Made by a program: the position numbers and the translations under genes. The notes beneath the pieces are model-generated. The model saw only the letters and a list, made by a program, of their open reading frames with translations, was not told the DNA's origin and did no database searches. DNA of 64,000 nucleotides from the human T2T-CHM13v2.0 reference genome, Homo sapiens, in assembly GCF_009914755.1 (NCBI RefSeq), contig NC_060929.1. One strand, written 5' to 3'. Shown one piece after another: positions 1-11,422 of this stretch. Position 1 is the stretch's first letter; each line of letters starts with the position of its first letter.

Positions 1-1729
1 TATACCATGATTTCACACTTCCTGAATGAGCTACAATCTAATATGAGGAAAAGAGAGGGACTATTGCTCCTCCCCACTCCAAAAAAAAAAAAAAAAAATT
101 CTGCCCAGAGACTCTTGAGCCTGCCAGAGCAAACAGGACACATTGAGGAAGGCTATAACACAACCCCTTGGGAGAAGATGTATATTTTTTCCGTAATGAA
201 AGCTATTAATTTCTTCAGTGTATCTCACACACATAAAAGGTAATGTAGTTATGCAATTAATCAGTTTTGTGCTGAGTGTAGTTCATGGAGGGACGAATTG
301 AATATTCATAACTGTTTTCTGTCATATTTAAACTAATGTTCACTCTTAAGCATTAAAGCTGTTCTTGGAAGTTTTCCCTACTAACATCAACTCTCTCTTT
401 TAATAGTAAACGTTCTGCCTGCTTAGTAGTTATGTTTTTCCGCATACACCTATTTCCCTTGGATGTTTATTATTATGGTATTGCATGTTTGTTGATGGCA
501 GAGACCATGTCCAATCTCCCAGGTCCTCATTCGCTAATACTTTATCTACAGGTGCTGAGACAAAGCTCATTCATTGACTGACTAGATACAATGCAATTAA
601 AGATATTCCTTTAAAAATACTTTAATGAGGAAACATTTTCTGTAGCTTTGAGAAGCCTGATGTTTTCAGACTAGTCATCAGCTGGATAGAAGTGGTCCCA
701 GGCATTTCACCTGCCTGTCTTTTCTGATCTGGATGTGACAGAGTGTCATCTCTTGCTGTTCTCTGAACCAAACAGAGAAATCAGCTGTTCACAGGACCCT
801 GGGAGGTGAATTAGAAGGCAAGAATGGCTAAGAAAGGAAGTCTTTAAAATTTCAAGTATCTTAGTATGTTTAAAAGAAGGAGCTATATTCCAAAACCTCA
901 AGCTGAGCAGTGAAAGAATAATAAGAGTTTTTCTCACTGCAAGCACACCCGGTCAAAGGGTATATCAGAAAACCCCTAGTCTAAGGTTCCCATGGAAAGA
1001 CATGTGCGAATCGAGTGATTCAGCAGATTTTAAGTGCTTATTTCCTTAGGCAGAGGTTAAACTTAATGTCAAGTGTTGAGTGAGGTTTGACTGCTTTTCC
1101 AGCTGCCCAGGCCATCTTTGTAAACACAGGAGTTAGAGATGAATACAACTCATTTATTCATGATATTTGCATGACTTAAACCTTTTCACATGTGCCTGGA
1201 CCAGAGGCACTCTTAAAAGTCTGAGCAAATCTCAAAATGATTTATGGAGAGGCTTCCACTGTCACACTAAGTCCACAAACATTTAAAGTGGATGTAGTCC
1301 AAGGTGGCAGGAGAAGCAATTTCCTCAGCCAACCTGGAGAAATGAGTGCCGCACAATCTAAGAAGATCGAGGAAAGCCTGGTACCACTGAAAAGATAACC
1401 CACTTAATAAAGGTTAAAAGGCCCCCTTTGGGGAGAAGAAATCTTTTTGCTTTGCCCCTGCTAGTGCAACTGCCTTTAGTGTCTGGGTCTGTAACAATAA
1501 GAAGTTTTATATTTGTGTTCAGCCTGAGAAGAAACTACATATCACAGATTTAAGAAAAGATAATTCAAAGAAATAGAAAAACAAGTTACAATGACAAACA
1601 GGTCTCTTTTACTTACTTACTTACTTATGTATTTTATTAATTTATTTGCCCCTAGTAGAATATTTTTGAAACTAAATGTTTCTCTTCTAGGGACCATTTG
1701 ACTATTCTTTCTTCTTAAGATTGGCCTTT

Positions 1730-1838
1730 GGCAGAGCTTGCAGTGAGCCAAGATCACGCCACTGCACTCTAGCCTAGGCGACAGAGCGTGACTCCATCTC
1801 AAAAATAAAATAAAATAAATAAAAAATAAATTAAAAAA
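1730..1838 (+). mobile_element. 5'-truncated AluY-like right-arm fragment
   Basis: GCAGAGCTTGCAGTGAGCCAAGATCACGCCACTGCACTC... plus A-rich tail. TSD AAGATTGGCCTTTG (1717-1730) / AAGATTGTCCCTTG (1839-1852) at a TT/AAGA L1 endonuclease site. Confidence 0.9.
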
Positions 1839-4313
1839 AAGATTGTCCCTTGTATGAGCTAACACTCCCTTGAACTATAGTTAAGTTCTCTAGTCTCCCA
1901 AATCCCTGCCAATGAGATAAAAGTTGAATGTGTTTCCTCATAACTTTTACTTGTGAATAGGACCGTATTTATTTTTCAGAAACTATTTGGGGAAGGTCCT
2001 CTTTTTACCATAAATGACACTGACAACCACTAATTCATTTTACCTACTGGATGTCCAAAGGAAAAAACTTTCAATTGGCATAAATTGATTATAACTTTAA
2101 CAATTTAATTGTGAACAAAGACCATGCTACTCTGAACAGCTTACTTTCATAGAGTTTTGATGAATAAAATATATAAAAATATGGAATATAAAGTGTTTTT
2201 AAGTCTGAAGAGTATTATGTCATTGATTTAAAGTTTATTGTAATGCCCAAGGCAAAAATAAATAAATACAAACTGCAATGAATATTTTATAAGTTTGTTG
2301 CTCTCTTCAAGCATTAAAAACCTATTTCTTAAAATTTATAAGATAAATTTTAAGGATCATAGATTCCGTGAACATTTCTCCAAAGTTCACAAGAAAATGA
2401 GTAAAAGGAGCCAGTCATCTGTACATAATGAAGACTATATAAATTGTCTTGAGGCAATTTAATTTTGCTCATTTCCTATTCCAGCTCCAAAGGCAAATAC
2501 AATGGAACTACATCCCATCTCTACCAGCCTTGCCAGAAGGCACCACAGAGGGAGAAAATCAAGTTAATGAGGGATGGGAGAAGACATCAAGGACCATCTG
2601 AGTCCCAGAGACATAACTGCAAACCCATCCTAGGAGGCTGCCAGACTATAATAGCCACATATGACACCACTGTACAATAAAAAATCATAATTCAGTTAGT
2701 TTCAGGTAATTTTTAGAGTATTTTTTAAGAAAAGGGGGTTAAAAGATCATTTCAAAGTCTAAGGAGATGTTTCAGTAATAATACCTGTTACTGAGTTATT
2801 TTAAAGCAGACAACATTAGAAGAATTTTCTTCTTTGTGTCAACCTTCTTTTGGCAATGAATGGAATCAAGCTGGTGAAAGACTAATCAAACCGTAATGGG
2901 TGTGGGACTGTCTTGAAATAAATTCTTCCCCTGGGTTTTTAAGGCATCAGCTCTGGCAGATGAGACCTGCCACCAATTAGATGTGTGATTGCAGCAGATA
3001 AATGACACCCACTGGACTTGCCATATTTGCTCTTATGAAATTCCTGTCAGTTTTGAGACATAAATAATTTAAGCAAATGGCCTTGGACACCAGAGGCTGC
3101 CAATTATTGTGTCACCAACTCACCACCATTTGTTTTGGTCACCAGAGTATTTCTTTTAAAAAACCAAGACTTCCAGACTCAAAATAAGTTCCACGTTAAA
3201 GCAATTTCTTTCCCTCCAATTTCTTCCAAACTAGTTTTATTTGCATTTTGAAAGAAGAAATGGAAGTTTATCATTTAGAATGCCTTTTGTGTCTCTTTGA
3301 TTCCTCTACAAAAGTTCAAATATAATTGAGTTGGGAATTAATAGTAAAAGCAATTACATCAGAAAAAATGGAACAAACACAGTATTTTTAAAAAGAACCA
3401 TCAAATTCCCAGAGTACAATCAACACATTTAAGAATTCAAAAGAAAGAATTACAATGCTTGCATCAGCCTAATAACTGAAATGAATCCAACATTTCCATT
3501 TTAAAGCCACTAATCCAAGAATAAAGGGGAGATGAAACAAATTCAGACGGCTATAAAAAGCACTATGTTTGGGACTGAGTGTTGTGGCTTTGCCTGAAGT
3601 TTAGAATTACCTCTGATAGAGACAGAAGTTGCTAAGTGGACTGCAAAGTCATGTTGCTTTCCTGATTCTGTCCCTTTTGTCATAAGCAGCTTAATGAACA
3701 AGGCATTGGTGCCTATATTATCGACTCCATTTAATAAGAACTTTATTATAGCAATGTATGCATTCTCTTCTTTTTTTCAGTTCTACACTGTGCATTGTAA
3801 ATCATTGTGAGACTGTTTTTTCTATTGATACCTCTAAGTATATTGCTCCAATTTCTGCAGATTCAGCTAGCTATAACAACAAATCTCCTGCAAATTATTA
3901 ATAATATCACGTCTTATTCTTGGACGCAAGCAACTTTCAGAACTGAGGCTACTTCATTTAGTTCTGCTCTTCACATCTCCATAGGAGAAAAAAAGAAAAA
4001 AGAATTCTAGAGCCTGAATTAGTCACTGACCTTCTTCTGCAGTTTAAATTGTTGTTCTGTGGTGATTAAATGAAGCTCCATGGGGCACCCAGCCAGAGCC
4101 AGTTAATAAGTTATTAGTTCCATCAACACTGTTTTGTCATAGCCAAGACCCAAATTCAGTGATTATTCCTGTTATCAAAGTCTTAGTCACTCCAAGAAAA
4201 GCATACTTGGTATTCCTGAAAGATAAACCACACTATTTTGTGATATCTTCCCACAAAGTTTGAGTTGTATGAGCTCTTTCCTCACTGCTAAGATTTGGAA
4301 AGCGGCCCTAATG

Positions 4314-4506
4314 TAGCATTGCCAGATTTAGCAAATCAAAACACAGGATGCCCAGTTAAATTTGAATTTAAGATAAACAACAAATAACTTTTTAGTATAA
4401 GTATGTCTCAAATTTTATGCAGGATATACTTAACTTTAAAAATTATTTGTTGTTTATCTGAAATTCAAGCTTAACTGACCATCCCATATTTTATCTTCCA
4501 ACCCTA
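4314..4506. mobile_element. MER53 palindromic non-autonomous DNA transposon (MITE)
   Basis: 193-bp near-palindrome TAGCATTGCCAGATTTAGCAAATC...TTTTATCTTCCAACCCTA matching the recalled MER53 consensus. Confidence 0.85.
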
Positions 4507-5541
4507 CCTGATGGCATCACTATTAAGTGAACAAGAGAAATTAGAGAAGAAGGCATCCATGACTGCAGGTGGCTCAACTACAAACTGAGATTCAGGAAGT
4601 AGTCAGCACAGGGGCCTTTAAAAATCTTTTTTTCCTGGAGGCAAAGGGAAGCTTTGACTGGCAAGGTAAATGCAACTGGGCTCTGGTGAGAGGCTGAGCC
4701 CTGAAGCAGTGGCCGACAGCAAAGGCCTCAGCAGTGCTCAGGGGCTGCTCAATAACGGACACACCTGCTCCTGTTGGGCTGCTTCCATAAGGTGGCTTCC
4801 CTGTGAGTATGCTTTTCAAGATTAATGATGTGCAACAAAAATAGTCAGGCAAGGCCAAGAAAAGGCCTGAAATTGAGAAATTAGCTATACAGCTTGTTTT
4901 AATAACCACCCCTATTTAGGTATCTCCAACTGTTCCACTCAATCATTCAAAGGAGTCAAAGGACAAAGGACAAACATTTATTACTCGGGGTAGATTTTGT
5001 TTTGCAGAAATTTCCCAAGTATGTTTTAGTACAAACCTCAGTTATATCTTTTGTCAAAAATGTATTAAAATAGTAGAAAACAAATTGCATTTACATTCCA
5101 CACATTATATGTAAAATTGTGAATAAACATAGATGGTGGAAGGACATAGACAATACCCAAGGCTAATTGATATTTTGGAGATAATTTTTGCAAGGTTTTC
5201 CTAAAAGCCATGATTTTCACATTCATCTTCAATTTAATGACTCTAAGCCCTATGTCCAGTGCCCATGAAAATTTCTAAATATGAATTTTATGATCCCCAA
5301 AGTAGTCTACTTTGTGATCCTCTTTGCACTCTTAGGAACATTATTAGGTAAGAGTAATATAGGAATGAAAGCATCCTTTCCCTTATTATGGATTCTCCCT
5401 CATTAAAGTCTTTATCTCTTTTTCCTTTTATGTCTAATTCCATAGAAGCTAGCTGACAGGTGCACTTCTAACTTATGAATCAATTAGTATAATTTTCATA
5501 ATTAATTTTAAGATATGCTTAAACAATAAATGTGTTAAAGA

Positions 5542-5757
5542 CTGTGCTGTCCAATATGGTATCTGCTAGCCATATGCAGGTATTTAAATTTAATCTAAAG
5601 TTGATTAAAATTGTAAAAAATTTAAAATTCAGTTTTTCAATCATACCAGACACTTTGCGAGTGCTCAGGGGCCACACGTGGTTAGGGGCAACTGAGCTGG
5701 ACAGTGCAGCTCTGGGACATATCCATCATTGTGGGAAGTTCTTTTGGACACTGTTGT
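5542..5757 (-). mobile_element. MER3 (hAT-Charlie) DNA transposon
   Basis: CTGTGCTGTCCAATATGGTA...CTAGCCATATG, AT-rich core, GCCACACGTGGTTAG...GGACAGTGCAG, GTTCTTTTGGACACTG. Confidence 0.75.
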
Positions 5758-6029
5758 CTGTAGACAATAATATTTTCATACCGAACTAGGAAGGATATGC
5801 ATATTTTTAGGCACCACTCTGTTCAACAGTAATTATAGGAAAATAGAAAAGAAAAATGAAAGATATATTTGAGCAATTTAGTTGGAGAAAAATTACCAGG
5901 TTAGGCACCACAAATGCAACAATTCTAAGACAGCTTTGAGGGAGTAAAGACAGAAAGACATCATATACATAAATGTGCTTGCAAATGTGAATAAAGATTA
6001 CTATTACAATTGTGATTAAATATAGCCCC

Positions 6030-6348
6030 ATTGTGGGCTCTCAAAGAAGACTGCCAGGGTAAACTCCATTTACTACTTTACAGCTGTTTGATCACAGGCA
6101 AGTTATTTGATATTTCTATGCTTCGCTTTTGTCATCTATAAAATAGGGATAATAATCATACCTACCTTTTTCATCAGGGCCACCTCATCTCTGTGATTGG
6201 TGCTCCCTAAAGTTGTACAGCACATACCTGTGCAACTGTATAAATCAACCCTCTGCATTGAGATTTGAAAGGATTAAAAAAGTGAATTCATTTAAAGGAC
6301 TGAAACAGTACTAAGCATATATTAAAACGCTCAATAAGTGTTAACTAT
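6030..6348 (+). mobile_element. MIR SINE interrupted by a short MER91-like DNA element (~6175-6253)
   Basis: MIR core GGCAAGTTATTT...TCATCTATAAAATAGGGATAATAAT and 3' end GCTCAATAAGTGTTAACTAT. Insert CAGGGCCACCTCA...GTTGTACAGCACATACCTGTGCAACTGTA. Confidence 0.65.
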
Positions 6349-6421
6349 ACTTGAGGTATTTCTCAAAAGAAAATTTCCCAAAGGAAAGAATCAAATAGTA
6401 GAATTGAAAGTCATTCATAAC

Positions 6422-6548
6422 TAGGGTTACGAACCAACCTGGTTTGCCACTAAATGGATTTTTGGAGTGTGGAAATTTCAGTTTTAAAACCTAAAAAAGA
6501 AAAAAGAAAAAAAAAAAACAAGCAAACCAGAATAAGATAGTTACCCAT
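6422..6548. mobile_element. MER81-like (hAT-Blackjack) MITE
   Basis: TAGGGTTACGAACC..CTGGTTTGCC...TTTCAGTTTTAAAACC...GCAAACCAG...GTTACCC, with degenerate terminal inverted repeats. Confidence 0.5.
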
Positions 6549-7537
6549 GAAAAACAAGGAATATATTTAGCCACAAGAAACACCCACAAGTGAACAAAAA
6601 TTTATTCATTTTATCCAGTGATTACCAATATTAGTAACAGCATATGGCTAAACTTTATGAATTCTTCAAACTAAATGTAAATGTATAAGAGTTAGTAGCA
6701 AATGAAGAGAATTAATATGGTTCTTCTTGGCATTTAATGTGGGTATCTACATGAAAGCCAGTTATACAGCTGGAGCAGAAAATAACACAGTCCCTGAGAC
6801 TTGTGGCTTTTAAATAACAGCACTGGATACCTCAGCATAGGATCAGATGGTTGAACTAGGATTGTTTTTTTTCCCTCCTTTTTTTTTTTTTTTTTTTTTT
6901 TTTTCTTTTCTGACTGGAGTGAAAAGGCTTGAATGTACCACCCTGGCTGCTAGCCCTGGAAACCTCAACTTTAAAGGAAACTGCTTACCAGGAAATGCTT
7001 AATTACTACAGGGCATCTTATTCTTGTGTTGCTCTATCTTTTACAAGCCATAAAAGAATTGTGTTTTCTCCCTATGTATTTATCACATCACCATTGTTCA
7101 AGTGTAATCTATACCTTGGCACTTGAAGAAATGAGATGAAAAGTGGTGTTAATAATGGTTTTAATTAAATCAGATGTTTATGATTTCCTCTAAAACTGTT
7201 TCTTTGCACAGCCTAGAGCAAGAACACAGCAGGGCAGCAGCGGTCAAATCAGGAGAAGAGCAGATAGAATTAGCATGGATCCTAAAACTAGCAAGTTGCT
7301 TTTCATGCTACAAGTCTCTACTCAACTGAGCACCAAATTGGATTTTACTGGGCAAGCCCCCACCCAGTCAATGCTTTTGTGAGTCCTATGGACGACAGTA
7401 TTATCATTCATCCACATTTATTTGGAATGCTGAAAGACAATAAGTGAAGATAACAGGCAGGTCATTCCAAATAGACATCTCCTCACTCCATAGAAGATCT
7501 CTTTTCAGTGAGAATGTTCTCTTACTTAATAGATATC

Positions 7538-7714
7538 TTTCTTTCCTTTTTTTTTCTTTTTTTTGACAAGTCTCACTCTGCTGCCCAGGTTACAGTGCAG
7601 TGACATGACCATAGCTCACTGTAACCTCAAACTCCTAGTCTCAAGCAATCCTTCCAAGTAGCTGGAACTACAGGTGTGCACCAAAACACCCAGGTAACTT
7701 TTTTTTTATTTTTT

Positions 7715-7745
<31 letters not shown>

Positions 7746-7862
7746 TTTGGGAGAGATGGGGTCTTGCTGTGTTGTCAAGGATGGTCTCAAACTCTTGGCC
7801 TTAAGTGATCCTCTTGCCTCCCAAAGCACTAGAATTACAGGCATGAAACACTATGTCTGGCC
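7538..7862 (-). mobile_element. AluJ
   Basis: Diverged dimeric Alu on the minus strand with (TTTA)n in the middle A-tract. TSD-like TTAATAGATATCTT / TTAAGAGATATACTT. Confidence 0.9.
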
Positions 7863-8857
7863 TTTAAGAGATATACTTCTTAAGCGGTATTCAGGTTGTC
7901 TTATCTCTTCCCCTTCAGGAGAGTGGTCAATGTGAGCTCCTGGGCATAAAGAAAAGGGATATTTTTTCCCCTAATCTGTTTCCAAATCAGTATCTCCAAT
8001 CTTTTTCCTTACAAACAGATATGCAAAATGTTATACTTGACCATTCTTTTATTAGTTTATGCATATTAAATGAGTCACTGATTGGGGGGTAGGATGGGAG
8101 TTCATACTGGGTTGTTACAATTCACACAGAGCACACTAAGAGAGAAAGGCAACATGAATTCAAAGAAACCCAAAGTTAACCTGCAGTTTGGGGTGATCAG
8201 CAATGATGGAGGGCAGCAGGGATAGAAATAATGTTCTAAAAATAGAAATAGATATCATTTTTATTTCTCTTTAAAATATTTAAAATAGTTTGAGAAGAAA
8301 GTGAGGAGGAGTGTCAGTTTTATTTTTTGGATAATATTTTACCAGGATCAACATTAAAATCAGTTTTGACTCTGAATACTCACAAATCAATCAACATGTC
8401 TGGTGGCTTAGGAGAATACTAGAGGAGAAGTTATTAAAATCAGATAAGGAAGACTCTGCAACACAGAGTTTCTTGTCACTAGTGAAGAGATTACCATGCA
8501 AAATTATTTGGCTTTAAAAGCTATTAGATGAACACTCATGACCAATAGTTTTCACCATCAAATTTGTATCAGGTAGCTATATAATTTTAAACAATAGGTC
8601 AAGAATTGAGTCTTCATCTTGAATTCCACATCATTAGCCCTGCTCACAGTATTAGTCTTCAACAAACATCCTTATGAATCCCAAGGCAGAATACCAATCA
8701 GTCTAACTGCGTGTTTCTTCTCCTCTGTGTAGGAATGCCTTTGAAACAAATAAAGCTTCATGTATGGAATAAAGAGACCACACGTGGGGATGGAAATCAG
8801 ACTGAAAAAAGACATTAACAAGGTAGAGATCTTCTAATCACATAGCGAATTAAGTGA

Positions 8858-8957
8858 CTGAGACCTAGTTTAGCCATTCTGCTGACTTGTAGTGCAATCT
8901 TTCACTTTATTATGTCTCTCAGTTTTCTGTCTGCAAAATCAGAAGCAGTAATCCTAC
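8858..8957 (+). mobile_element. MIR fragment
   Basis: TCTCTCAGTTTTCTGTCTGCAAAATCAGAAGCAGTAATCCTAC resembles the MIR core. Confidence 0.4.
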
Positions 8958-9917
8958 ACTGACATGTGGAAAACTCCAGATTACCTCATCAAGTTTTACA
9001 AATTATCACAGACACTTGGGACTAAGTCTTGAAAGAAATTAGGCCATGGCTAAAATAAATTATGTCCAGGGGAAGATAAATTGTTTCATAAAAATTAAAA
9101 CTATTGCCCCTGGCAACTGCACTAGACTTCTCAAAGCCTCTGATACTCACTGGAATTGAAGCCTGACACTATTAAGTGAGAAAAGACAGCTGAAAATTTT
9201 GTAGATTAATAAAGCATTTTAACAACGAATATTTTAAAATCTATCTATCTGTAAGACAATTTCTAAAGATAGCCCCTTGGATTCAGGACGGGAAAGTCCA
9301 TCTCAAAATGAAAGAAAGATACTTTTTCTAAAGACTTTCTGTGAAGAAAAATCGTTATTATCCTTCAGTAACTGATCCAAGCACCCTATATATTTCATGT
9401 AGGTTTTGAAATTAATTTCTATGAAAACTGAAAATAAAGCAATTAGCTAGTAGAAAGTACCATGTAAATACAAACTGTCACTGTTTTAACATTGCAGAAG
9501 TGGCTCAACCAATGGTTTAGAGCCCACCAATTCTGATTTCTAGGGATTCTGTCTAACTTTGACCCTCTGTTCTTCAAAAATTAGATGAAAATAGGAAAGC
9601 TTTTCTCAAAAGGAGGTTTGAAGAAGATTTTTGAAATTGAAAATTTTTTATATTTCCCAAAATTCAAATGCAAATATTAAAATGGTAGTCACAAAAAAAC
9701 GGAAGCAGAGAAACTAATAACCAAACTGGTAACAGTTTAGCATTCTGATATTTTCTCTACCTCTGATTCAGTCCAGGCCTTCAGCAGATTATCCAACTCA
9801 TCCTGTTATTTAAATAAGTTAATGCCAAATAATTTTGTTTGGAAGATTAATCCTTATTTCAAATATTTAAGGAGGGCATATTCTCAGATAAAATTAATTT
9901 TTGCCCCAGAAATATCC

Positions 9918-9980
9918 TTTATTCATTCCATTAATACATATTGAGTGTCTGCTATGTGTAACGTACTATGCTAACTGCCA
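9918..9980 (-). mobile_element. L2 3'-end fragment
   Basis: TTATTCATTCCATTAATACATATTGAGTGTCTGCTATGTG...TACTATGCTA. Confidence 0.5.
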
Positions 9981-10294
9981 TAACAAAAGAGTTACCCCTT
10001 CTCCTTTACCACCTTCTTTATGGAAAGTGGTGGTGGGAGGGAGAATGTGGCATGTCCAGGACCCAGCTTTCTAACTATTCTTTTTTCCTTTTTCTTGCCT
10101 CTTCCTTCCCCTTCATTTTAATGGTGGGTCAGTTTTAGGCAGATACAACTAGAAGTTGGTTAGCTACAGAGAGGTTAAACAAATACATAAACATATTATG
10201 AATAAAAAGAGTCAGGTTTCTTATTAATGAAGAATAGTTTTACAAGGGGAAAGGAGAAAGAGGCCTAAGGTGGTGAATTGGAATGTGAACTCAT

Positions 10295-10316
10295 GATAGA
10301 CAGATAGATGGTAGAC

Positions 10317-10358
<42 letters not shown>
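10295..10358 (+). repeat. (GATA)n/(GACA) tetranucleotide microsatellite
   Basis: Read directly from the sequence. Confidence 0.95.
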
Positions 10359-10780
10359 TGTATTTGAATACATACACAAATTTTTTAGCTCTTCCAATAG
10401 ATAGAGAAAGCCTCCAATAATGCAACTAATTATAATGAGCACACCTAGCACTCAGAAAATGGTTTCTAAATCTCATACTTCATTAAAAGAAACCAGGACT
10501 CTCTGAAAAAACAGCTGACTGTTACAGCTAGGAATGGAAAAATATGAAATGGAAATGGGCCATCTTATTGTACTACAAAGTAAGGAATTGCTCAAAAAAT
10601 ATCAGGACATGTCAAATAAAACAAGCAACCAGCCTGCTTGCAAACTGTAGGAAAATTTGCACATCCAAAATAAATTATATTAATGGAGTATATCCCTTTG
10701 CATAAAAATCCATAAATCATACAGATAAAAATAAGTAAATTGGCAAGAAGGGAAAACTCTACCTTATAGTAGATTGCCAA

Positions 10781-11422
10781 TTGTAGTTCTAGTGCTCATT
10801 ATTAATTATTGTTTGTTTTCATTGTGCTGATTTTTGGTGATCAAGCCTCAGTCCCCTTCATAGTGCCCTCTCCTTTTTAAAAATTATGTGTGCACAGAAA
10901 GGCCATCTTTTTCAGGACATTGCATTTTCAGGCTTGTGGTGATAAATAAGATTGACCAATGCAAGTGTTCATAATGACTTTCCAATTGGCCCTGATGTTC
11001 TAGCATGTGATTGCTTCATGCCTGGACTGTGACTTTCAGTGGGAGATGGAAGTTTTTCAGAGAAATGAACTGTGGAAAAATGTCCTTTCCTTAACTTGAA
11101 GCTACTTTTAAAATTTGAGAGTCTGGACCAAAAGAAGAAGAATATCAGGTTGAAGTCAAGATGACAGATAAGGTGAGAGTAATGACTACTCCAAAGATGG
11201 CTTCACTGAAGAAAAGGCATTTTAAGATTTTTTTAAGTCTTGTCACAAGATCCCAGAAAAGTACTAATTTTCATTATCAATTAATAAAGCTATACATGCA
11301 GAAATGAATACAACAGAACACTGCTGTTTTTTATTTGTACTTTTTGGCCTGGGCTATGGGTTTTAAATGGAGACATTGTACCAGCTTCATTAAAATAAAC
11401 AATATTTGTAAAGAAAAAAAAA
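10781..11422 (+). pseudogene. SUMO1: 5'-truncated processed retrocopy containing only the SUMO1 3'UTR
   Basis: Perfect 13-bp TSD AGTAGATTGCCAA (10768-10780, 11424-11436), AATAAA at 11394-11399 and A-tail at 11410-11422. Sequence (TTCTAGTGCTCATTATT...GATCAAGCCTCAGTCCCCTTCAT...CCAGCTTCATTAAAATAAACAATATTTGTAA) matches my recollection of the SUMO1 3'UTR. Confidence 0.85.
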
